The notes beneath the pieces are model-generated. The model saw nothing but the letters and a program-made list of their open reading frames with translations. It was not told the origin of the DNA and searched no databases. Positions 17,922 to 25,909 of a stretch of 64,000 bases of DNA are shown here, in pieces; positions within the stretch are counted from its first letter, which is position 1, and every line of letters starts with the position of its first letter. Source of the DNA: Candidatus Chisholmbacteria bacterium RIFCSPHIGHO2_01_FULL_52_32 (GTDB taxonomy: Bacteria > Patescibacteriota > Microgenomatia > UBA1400 > Chisholmbacteraceae); NCBI GenBank assembly GCA_001816585.1, contig MHCJ01000007.1, positions 2,062 to 66,061 of the forward strand, written 5' to 3'. The position numbers and the translations under genes are program-made.

Positions 17922-19382
17922 TCAAGGTAGGTCAACTGGCTGCAAATCCAACCGAAAGTAAACTTCATTCACTATCGTCCTCGCCCATTCGTTGAGTCGA
18001 TTGTGCGTTCCGTCCAAAATCGTTCGTCCGAACACCAATTTTCCGCAGCGAAGGTGTGGCTTCACCAAATCTCCCCTCCTTGGCACCCCATCGGTAAGCA
18101 CAAACTCATCAGGATGTTGTATATCAAGCGGTGTCACTCCCTCCCTCACCCACTCGACTCCAAACTTTTCACTTTTCACTTTAAACTTTGAACTTAACTT
18201 ATAGACTCCCGCCTTCAAATCACCTTTCACTTCTGCCCACCGTTCCGGATCCTTATTATGTAAGACCAAATGCGCCCCCTCCTTCGGCGCCTTCAACGAT
18301 CGATCAACCGCTGCAAAGTCCATCGTATAGTTGATGTCCAAGAACTCTAAAAGCTGGAACACATCAAATGGGATTTCCCCCTTCTGGAGCTGAAGAAACG
18401 AATAGACCGGGAACGCTCCGGTGTAGCGCGGGTTGATCTCATTGGGATAAACCTTCCCTGACTTAGCATCAATCATCAAATCCACCCCAAAAACACCTTT
18501 GTACCCCTGATGCGCCATCGCTTCACCCAGGTTTCTGGCAATCCGCTCCGCCCCTTTCTGTATCGCTGAAGAATAATGTCGGAAGCTCCAATCGTGTCCC
18601 CGCCAGATTCCCCGCCGCTCCCTCAGATTCACAAGCTCCGGAACATCAAGAATCTGCGTCTGCACCAAACCAGTTAACACTCCGTACCGAGTTACACAAC
18701 CCGTTATCGACCCAGAAATCCCATCAATGAAGCGACTGACGTTCACCAACTGCGTTCGAGAAAGATCCAATCGCCCTTTTGCATCCTCCAAAAATGTCCG
18801 AAAGTCAGAAATATCATTGATAAAATACGTTCCTTTTCCTCCACCTTCCGAGAAACTCGTAAGCTGAAACACCAACTGCCTCCCTAGCCTCTTCCTTAGC
18901 CTCCGGTAGTCATCCTCGGTAAATTTCTCAACCTCCCACTGCTCCCCCGGGATTGGAGCCAGTCCGAGTCGTCTAACCAGTGTAAAGAACGCATCCTTAT
19001 CCTCAAACTGATCCCGGATCGCCCGCGGATTGGCAAGAAGCAGCCATCCTTGCTCCTGACAAAACCGATCCACCCACTCCGTATGCTTATAGGAAAAGAC
19101 GGCTATCTTCCCCAGGCTTTGCAAATACCGTAAAACCCCGGGATGCTTAAGAATGGCCTGCGTGTTGAGTTTTTCAACCTCATTTGGAGAGAAGTCGCGC
19201 TGCACTGCTCGGATCGGGCAAAACCGCTTCAGGAAAGAGAGATCGCTCCCCCACTTGTAGCAGACAATCTCGTAGTTTGATGTCACCAAAGCCGGAGAAA
19301 TCCTCCCAAACGCCGTCAGTCCAATTCCCACAATATGGCGCCCTGCCCCATCAAGAAGCTTACAGTAATCCTGAAATTCCAT
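17922..19382 (-). CDS. large ATP-grasp superfamily enzyme (pre-ATP-grasp plus ATP-grasp core)
   Basis: 486 aa; the segment GVFGVDLMIDAKSGKVYPNEINPRYTG is typical of the ATP-grasp C-terminal subdomain. Confidence 0.7.
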   Translation of the reverse strand: MEFQDYCKLLDGAGRHIVGIGLTAFGRISPALVTSNYEIVCYKWGSDLSFLKRFCPIRAVQRDFSPNEVEKLNTQAILKHPGVLRYLQSLGKIAVFSYKHTEWVDRFCQEQGWLLLANPRAIRDQFEDKDAFFTLVRRLGLAPIPGEQWEVEKFTEDDYRRLRKRLGRQLVFQLTSFSEGGGKGTYFINDISDFRTFLEDAKGRLDLSRTQLVNVSRFIDGISGSITGCVTRYGVLTGLVQTQILDVPELVNLRERRGIWRGHDWSFRHYSSAIQKGAERIARNLGEAMAHQGYKGVFGVDLMIDAKSGKVYPNEINPRYTGAFPVYSFLQLQKGEIPFDVFQLLEFLDINYTMDFAAVDRSLKAPKEGAHLVLHNKDPERWAEVKGDLKAGVYKLSSKFKVKSEKFGVEWVREGVTPLDIQHPDEFVLTDGVPRRGDLVKPHLRCGKLVFGRTILDGTHNRLNEWARTIVNEVYFRLDLQPVDLP

Positions 19383-19390
19383 GAACTTAT

Positions 19391-20677
19391 CTATTCCGAA
19401 CGTACCAAAAAAGTCTTCAGGTCCTTTCGACCGATCAAAAGCTTTTCTCTGAATTTTGACCGATCGGATACCGAAATCGCTGTCTTTACCCTCCGACCGG
19501 AAAGCCAGTAGGTAAGCTCAATGACCGGCCGCCGCTCCCGGCCCAAAGAACTGTAATAATAGTTCTGCCAGAGAATGTTTCCCTTCCGTAGTAACCCCAA
19601 GCTTTTGGCAAGTTTCCTGTCTATACTTGAGCGGAATGCCCCCGTATCCACCTTGGCTAGGATCTCAAGTTTCTTGCCATGCGCGTCTTTCACCTTGACC
19701 AATTCATGGACACCGATAATCTTTGCTCCCCGTTTTGCCAACACCCGATCGGCAAAGCTCTCCGCAAACAGAGCCCGGGAAATCTGGATCCCCTTTCCCT
19801 TCCCAGCCTGCTCGAGTCCCTCAACCCGTTCAAGCCGTTTTTGTAAGCCAGCCCTGTTGGCAATCTGGATTCCTAAACCCGGCCGCGCCGTCAGCTCGAG
19901 TATCATCGGTCCCTTCTTGCTGTGGAGGACAAAGTCAGCCGCCATGTATCCTAAACCGACCTCGCGCGCGACCGCCAGGGAAATTTCAAGCATCTCATCC
20001 CACTGCGGGATCCGAAGACCGGAAACCTTCTTCCCTGATACGGGAACATAGAGTGTCGGCCGGTCGAAGATCGTCCCGTGGGTAGTTATCCCCGTGGCCA
20101 AATCGACCCCCAAACACAGGCCGCCTTGATGAAGGTTGGCCTTACCATGCGATCCCGGAGTGGGTAGCCTCAGCATTGCCATGATGGGAACTTGGTTGAA
20201 CACGATGATCCGGACATCAGGCGTCCCGCGGTACGCATAGTGTCGAAAAGCCGGATGTCTGGGAACCCGTTCTTCAATAAATGCGGTATCCGGCATCTCG
20301 TACTTGTGGTAATTCCCCTCCAAGATATCCAAAACATGGAGCTTCAGATCATCGAGCAGTATCTCTTCCTGCTCAACGGAAAGGAAAGCCTCGCTTCCTA
20401 GTCGTCTTTTGACGATCACAATCCCGTCTCCGCCGTACCCTTCGCTCGGCTTAATCACGAAGTTTCGCCGTAAAGATCCCCAATCGAACCGCGGGACATC
20501 GGAGAAGTTCCGGAAAACGCCATAAAGCTCCGGATGAGGGAAACCGTGACGCCGGAGGAAGCGCTTCGTCAGAAGCTTGCTATCGGCAATCGCCTTTCCC
20601 TGCTTGCTGTTGTAGCGGGAAAGAAAGAGATGATTTCGGGCATTGAGGCCCATGATGTGGGAAACCAAAAAAGCCAT
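19391..20677 (-). CDS. alpha-L-glutamate-ligase-like (sugar-transfer-associated type) ATP-grasp fused to a C-terminal retropepsin-like (putative ATP-dependent zinc protease) domain
   Basis: 428 aa; N-terminal 290 aa carry ATP-grasp motifs (FVIKPSEGYGGDGIVIV, ADFVLHSKKGPMILELTARPG); C-terminal 130 aa resemble the RimK-associated retropepsin-like domain; 8-bp gap to the downstream gene. Confidence 0.7.
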   Translation of the reverse strand: MAFLVSHIMGLNARNHLFLSRYNSKQGKAIADSKLLTKRFLRRHGFPHPELYGVFRNFSDVPRFDWGSLRRNFVIKPSEGYGGDGIVIVKRRLGSEAFLSVEQEEILLDDLKLHVLDILEGNYHKYEMPDTAFIEERVPRHPAFRHYAYRGTPDVRIIVFNQVPIMAMLRLPTPGSHGKANLHQGGLCLGVDLATGITTHGTIFDRPTLYVPVSGKKVSGLRIPQWDEMLEISLAVAREVGLGYMAADFVLHSKKGPMILELTARPGLGIQIANRAGLQKRLERVEGLEQAGKGKGIQISRALFAESFADRVLAKRGAKIIGVHELVKVKDAHGKKLEILAKVDTGAFRSSIDRKLAKSLGLLRKGNILWQNYYYSSLGRERRPVIELTYWLSGRRVKTAISVSDRSKFREKLLIGRKDLKTFLVRSE

Positions 20678-20680
20678 ATT

Positions 20681-21601
20681 CTATCCGATAAGTTCTCGGA
20701 ACCTCCAGTACTCGAGTAGCCGTAACCCGACGTACTTCCCCAAAAACACATCAAAAACTGCAACCGAAATGACGGTGAGTTCAGGATTGAGAATGGTAAA
20801 TCGTTGCAGGAATTCCATGGATAGTACCAGATAGCAGATGACGGCAAGAAGGACCGTCTCGCTGGCAAGCTCTACCGCCCGCCGCATCCCCAGGCCCATC
20901 TGCGAACCGATAAAGGTCTCCGTCAAAAGGACAAGCAAAAGAATAGGAAAGATCGAAAGCGAGACCAAGGTTCCCAAACCCAAGTACGGGTATAGGACAA
21001 GTACCGCAAAGATCGACAGGGAAACAAACCACAAAAGCAGGGCAATCCGGGGCAGATACTGCAGCCGCAATTGGCGAAGTGAAATCCGCGTTACCGTTGC
21101 GACAGAGAGGATCATCAGAAAGAAAAGGATACCGACCGTCACTCCTGTTGCGAGAAAGACTATAGAGAGGGCCGCGGTCGTAAACAGTCCGTACCCCCGC
21201 AGTCCGATGAGGTGTCTGGCTGAGGCGATAATCGCTCCCACCAAGGGAAATAAAAGGATCAAAACCAATGTTGTTGCCGGAACACCACGCGCAACCGCCC
21301 GTCGGATCGCATGCTGAAGGAAATTGTTGATCGATAAAGGCCCCGGATCTTTTTGCGCCAGGTACTGCTCAAGCTTTCCCTTGGCTGGACCCGCCGGTTC
21401 GGTAAGATCCGTGGTATCTTCTCGCATCACCACCACCGTTTCAACGGCGGACGATCCCGTTGCCGCGAGTACTGCCTCGGTCGCTTCCGCATCCAAAGCG
21501 GAAGCATTTGCCGCCCTGATTAACAGGAAAATGCCAAACACGATTACAAGGACTGCCGAAGGACGCCTCTTCATGAGAGGAATTATACTCCTGTAAGGCA
21601 A
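20681..21601 (-). CDS. polytopic membrane protein (signal/anchor, ~80-aa ectodomain, 6-7 TM), probable partner of the ATP-grasp
   Basis: 306 aa; 3-bp gap to 19391..20677; topology matches 7-TM proteins reported next to sugar-transfer ATP-grasp genes. Confidence 0.65.
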   Translation of the reverse strand: MPYRSIIPLMKRRPSAVLVIVFGIFLLIRAANASALDAEATEAVLAATGSSAVETVVVMREDTTDLTEPAGPAKGKLEQYLAQKDPGPLSINNFLQHAIRRAVARGVPATTLVLILLFPLVGAIIASARHLIGLRGYGLFTTAALSIVFLATGVTVGILFFLMILSVATVTRISLRQLRLQYLPRIALLLWFVSLSIFAVLVLYPYLGLGTLVSLSIFPILLLVLLTETFIGSQMGLGMRRAVELASETVLLAVICYLVLSMEFLQRFTILNPELTVISVAVFDVFLGKYVGLRLLEYWRFRELIG

Positions 21602-21641
21602 ATCATCCTCTCAAAAACCCTCTAATATTGAAATATCGCTC

Positions 21642-22544
21642 TTGCGGGAACAAACGCTCTTTGTTATGCTCATTTTCGTGCAGTTAAAAACCCTCTCTCT
21701 GATCACGCCGGTCTTCAACGAACCGAAAATCCACGAGAACCTACCCGTCATTGATCGGGAGCTGACAAAAACCGGCCTTCCCTACGAAATTATTGCCGTG
21801 AACGATGGTTCCGACGCGGTCACAACCACCCGATTAAATAGCCTCTCCCTCCCAAATCTTCGAATCTACACCTATGCACAGAATCGCGGCAAAGGCTTTG
21901 CCCTCCGCTTCGGATTCGAACAATCTAGAGGATCACTCATCTGTCTCATGGATGCCGACTTACAACTCCATCCACAACAAATAGCCCTCTTCACAAACCT
22001 TGCCACACTCCTTAATGCCGATGTGGTGATCGGAAGCAAGCGCCACCCCCTCTCCAAAGTCGAGTATGGCCCCTACCGGCGAATGTACTCCTGGGGATAT
22101 CAGCAGCTCGTACGATTCCTGTTTAACCTCAACCTCACCGACACGCAGGTAGGTTTAAAGCTCTTCCGCCGCCATGTGCTTGAAGCCGTCATGCCGAGGT
22201 TAAGCATCAAGGCCTGGGCCTTCGACCTCGAAGTCTTAGTGGTTGCCAAACACCTCGGTTTCCACCGAATACTCGAAGCCCCAATCATCTTAGGCTGGAA
22301 ACCAGGGGAATCGCACATCAACTGGCGGGTTATTCCTGGAATGCTCCAGGATACCCTTGGGATTTTCTATCGCAAATATCTGCTTGGGTACTACAACCGC
22401 CCTCTGGAAACGCACCAGGAAGACAACCTCACGGTCGTTGAACATGAAACCGGTGAAACGGTAGAGACAATCCGGGAACCTGAACTCTTCCCGGAAAAAC
22501 CGCGCCCGACCAGCGGCATCATCTTCGCTGCCGGAGAGAAATAA
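21642..22544 (+). CDS. GT2 family glycosyltransferase (polyprenyl-phosphate sugar synthase-like)
   Basis: 300 aa; ITPVFNE and NDGSDA motifs, DXD (MDADL). Confidence 0.85.
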   Translation: MREQTLFVMLIFVQLKTLSLITPVFNEPKIHENLPVIDRELTKTGLPYEIIAVNDGSDAVTTTRLNSLSLPNLRIYTYAQNRGKGFALRFGFEQSRGSLICLMDADLQLHPQQIALFTNLATLLNADVVIGSKRHPLSKVEYGPYRRMYSWGYQQLVRFLFNLNLTDTQVGLKLFRRHVLEAVMPRLSIKAWAFDLEVLVVAKHLGFHRILEAPIILGWKPGESHINWRVIPGMLQDTLGIFYRKYLLGYYNRPLETHQEDNLTVVEHETGETVETIREPELFPEKPRPTSGIIFAAGEK

Positions 22545-22688
22545 GAGACCAGGCAATTGGCACCGGACACTCACAACCTATTTCTCTCTCATGTTACAAT
22601 CTCCCCGCAAGAGTAGCAGTCATCCATTTGCTATTTGCCATTAGCCATAAGCTATACGCTATAAGCTATCTGCAATCTGCATATTCCT

Positions 22689-24974
22689 ATGCACATTCTC
22701 ATGCTTTCCTGGAGGGATATCGGAAATCCACTTGGCGGTGGTGCCGAGTCATTTCTTCACGAACTGGGAAAACGCTTGGTCAATAAGGGCCACTCGGTAA
22801 CGCTCTTCTCAAGCGCCTTTCCGGGATCAAGTGCGTCGGAAACGCGAGGGGGAATAAAGATCATCCGTCGCGGTAATCCCTGGACCGTTCACTTTGAAGC
22901 ATATCGCTGGTACAACAAACTACCCGCGGATACTTTCGATCTCGTCATCGACAATTTCCACGCCATTCCTTTCTTTACCCCCCTGTATGCGAAAAAACCG
23001 GTCATCGGCGTGATTCACGAAGTAACCCGAGAACTCTGGTTTGCTGAAACGTTCCTCCCAATCAGTCTCATTGGATACCTCCTCGAACCCCTATTTTTCC
23101 TTCCCTACCGCCACCGGCACTTCCTGGCGGCCTCGCCTTCCACGAAGGAAGACCTCCTCCGTTTCGGACATCCGAAAGACCAAATCACCGTCTTCTTCGA
23201 AAGTATCGACTTAAAACCGGTCAACAGATTCCCAAAAAAGGCAAGTTTCCCCCTTCTCATCTGTCTCTCGCGTCTCTCACCGACAAAGCGCTTTGAGCAC
23301 GCGATCATGGCGATGCCCATCGTTCGAGAACACGTTCCCCAAGCAAAACTTCTCATCATCGGATCCGGGAAACCGGAATACCTCCATAAACTCAGGACGC
23401 TGGTGCGCCATTTACATCTCACGCGCGTCGTTAAGTTTCTTGGGTATATCTCGGAAGAAAAGAAGCGGGGACTCCTGAAAAAATCCTGGTTGATTCTTGG
23501 GACATCAATTCGGGAAGGCTGGGGACTGGCAATCACGGAAGCAGCCAGCGTCGGCACACCAGCGGTAGCCTATAATGTTCCGGGCTTTAGGAATTCCGTA
23601 CGTAATGGAAAAACAGGAATTCTCGTCACCCCCCAGAAGCCTGAAAATCTGGCACAAGCGGTAATTAAACTGATCCGCGATGACCGACTCCGCCACCGAC
23701 TCGCTCTTGAAGCAATCCAGAGCGCCAAGGGGAGGAATCGGCAGAAAACGGCAAATCAACTCTTGCCGATCTTTAAGAAGATAGCCATTCCAGAAACAAG
23801 CAGGGTGCAAGGGAAATTGCACGTCCTCATTACCTCATGGAGAGATATCAAAAGCCCAGCCGCCGGGGGTGCAGAGATCTTAACCCACGAAATCGCAAAA
23901 CGGCTCGTACGTTGGGGGCATACGGTAACCATCCTTTCCCCCATTTTTCCCGGCGCGAAAAACATCGAAATCCTAGATGGTGTTCAGATCCTTCGTCCGT
24001 CGTTTTTCTACGCAACCCGCCCGATCACCTACCTCAATTGGCCGCGATTTCTGGTGAACGCGAGTGCAACCTACCGGGCTCAATTAGCCAACCGGATCGA
24101 TGTTGTCGTCGACCAAGTTCATGGACTCCCCTCCTTCACTCCGCTCTATGTCGCCAAACCGGTCGTTCTTTTTCCCCTGGAGGTCGCCAATGAAATTTGG
24201 CTCATGGAAATCCCATTTCCGGGCAACGTGCTTGGCTGGATGATCGAGCGACTCTATCTCTTCCTCTTCCGGAATAAACCCTTCCTGACCATCTCTCCCT
24301 CAACAGCCGCGGATCTCCATCGTTTTGGGATACAAAACGTTCGGGTCGTCACTCCCGGAATCGCCATTCCCCCGCAAAAGCTTCCGCCCAAAAGCAAGCA
24401 CCCGTCCTTCATCTATTTGGGTCGAGTGACAAAGATGAAACGGATCAAAGATTCCATCCAAGCCTTCACCATCTTCCACCGCATGCACCGAAAGTCACGG
24501 TTTCATGTCGCCGGAAAAGGAACACCAAAGTATTTTGAGGAACTCAGGCGCTACGCAAGACTTTTGAGACTCGGACGCTCCATCATCTTCCATGGCTCTG
24601 TCTCCGAACCACGCAAATATGATCTCCTCGCCCGTTCCTGGGCCCTCCTCTCAACCTCGGTAAGGGAAGGCTGGGGCTTAAACGTGGTTGAAGCCGCCAG
24701 CGTCGGCACACCAACCCTGGCATACCGAATTCCAGGAATCGTTGACACGGTTGCGGATGGAAAAACTGGGCTCCTCACCAATATCAATTCACCTTCCGCG
24801 CTGGCGAAGAAAATGGTACTACTGATTGAAGATGAAGAACGAAGACTTGCAATGGGGAAGGCTGCCAAAATCTATGCCAGAGAATTTTCCTGGGACAAAT
24901 CAGCCCGCCAGTTCCTGAAAGCCATCCGAAATTATCTCAACAATGAAACCGCGTCTGACGCGGTGAAGCAATGA
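22689..24974 (+). CDS. tandem double GT4 (group 1) glycosyltransferase fusion
   Basis: 761 aa; two complete GT4 modules, each starting SWRDIGNPLGGGAE / SWRDIKSPAAGGAE and each with an E-x7-E region. Confidence 0.85.
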   Translation: MHILMLSWRDIGNPLGGGAESFLHELGKRLVNKGHSVTLFSSAFPGSSASETRGGIKIIRRGNPWTVHFEAYRWYNKLPADTFDLVIDNFHAIPFFTPLYAKKPVIGVIHEVTRELWFAETFLPISLIGYLLEPLFFLPYRHRHFLAASPSTKEDLLRFGHPKDQITVFFESIDLKPVNRFPKKASFPLLICLSRLSPTKRFEHAIMAMPIVREHVPQAKLLIIGSGKPEYLHKLRTLVRHLHLTRVVKFLGYISEEKKRGLLKKSWLILGTSIREGWGLAITEAASVGTPAVAYNVPGFRNSVRNGKTGILVTPQKPENLAQAVIKLIRDDRLRHRLALEAIQSAKGRNRQKTANQLLPIFKKIAIPETSRVQGKLHVLITSWRDIKSPAAGGAEILTHEIAKRLVRWGHTVTILSPIFPGAKNIEILDGVQILRPSFFYATRPITYLNWPRFLVNASATYRAQLANRIDVVVDQVHGLPSFTPLYVAKPVVLFPLEVANEIWLMEIPFPGNVLGWMIERLYLFLFRNKPFLTISPSTAADLHRFGIQNVRVVTPGIAIPPQKLPPKSKHPSFIYLGRVTKMKRIKDSIQAFTIFHRMHRKSRFHVAGKGTPKYFEELRRYARLLRLGRSIIFHGSVSEPRKYDLLARSWALLSTSVREGWGLNVVEAASVGTPTLAYRIPGIVDTVADGKTGLLTNINSPSALAKKMVLLIEDEERRLAMGKAAKIYAREFSWDKSARQFLKAIRNYLNNETASDAVKQ

Positions 24975-25909
24975 AACAATCCACAGGTATCACAATCATC
25001 ATCCCCACGAAAAACGAACGAAAGAATCTCGGAAGACTCCTGAAAAGCATCCTTCAGAAACGATTACCCCGCGAGGTCATCGTCGTCGATAACCATTCAA
25101 CCGACGGCACGATACAGGTGGCAAAACGAATGTGGAACGACGCAACAAAGAAGGGAGGATACAAATTTTCGCCGCGAACACAGGCCAGGCTCTCAGCCTG
25201 GCTGGTTTCTCAAAAAAGAAAAAAAAGTGAGACTCCAGACCGTAGAGGAAAAGAATATATCGTAACCGACCTTCCTCAATTAACGCTCCTGTCTAAAGGC
25301 CCGGAGCGCTCAGCCCAGAGAAATGCCGGGGCAAGGATTGCCAAGGGAAGTCACCTGTTGTTTCTCGACGCTGATATGGAGATGACACCAACGTTGCTTC
25401 CCGAACTCCAACTCCTTGCAAAAAAAGGAGTCAAGGCAGCCAACCTGAAAGAGCTTGCCGTGGGGCACGATTTCTGGGGAAAAGCGATTGCGCTGGAGCG
25501 GAATTGCTACTGGGGTGACCCCATCCTGGAGGCTCCCCGCTTTATCGAAGCGAAACTTTTCCGTCATCTTGGCGGCTACGATTCTTCCCTGATCGCCGGA
25601 GAAGACTGGGATCTTGCCGAGCGTCTCAACCAAAACGGAACGCCAGTCGTCTACGCGAAAAGTCCCCTCCTTCATCATGAAGCGATGGGTTTCCTCCCCA
25701 ACATCAGACGGAAGTGGTACTATACCCACCATATCCGGCGCTACGCGAGAAAAAATCCCGGTCGTTTCCTGAAACAATCCGCTCCAAGAATGCGTCTGAA
25801 CCGCTATTGGGAGAACCGTCGAATGCTACTAAGATATCCGCTCTATACCCTCGCCTTTCTCCTCATGAAAGTCCTAATCTACGGTCGCTTTCGCTTGAGT
25901 AACAAATGA
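24971..25909 (+). CDS. GT2 family glycosyltransferase
   Basis: 312 aa; IIIPTKNE, VVDNHSTDGT, LDADME motifs; 4-bp overlaps on both sides. Confidence 0.8.
   Translation: MKQSTGITIIIPTKNERKNLGRLLKSILQKRLPREVIVVDNHSTDGTIQVAKRMWNDATKKGGYKFSPRTQARLSAWLVSQKRKKSETPDRRGKEYIVTDLPQLTLLSKGPERSAQRNAGARIAKGSHLLFLDADMEMTPTLLPELQLLAKKGVKAANLKELAVGHDFWGKAIALERNCYWGDPILEAPRFIEAKLFRHLGGYDSSLIAGEDWDLAERLNQNGTPVVYAKSPLLHHEAMGFLPNIRRKWYYTHHIRRYARKNPGRFLKQSAPRMRLNRYWENRRMLLRYPLYTLAFLLMKVLIYGRFRLSNK

Noticed and set aside
23105-23557. Minus-strand ORFs inside the double-GT4 gene (and similar antisense ORFs inside other long genes, e.g. 6316..6852, 36063..36698, 41677..42018, 63584..63835)
   Set aside because: Antisense to long genes with clear family motifs.
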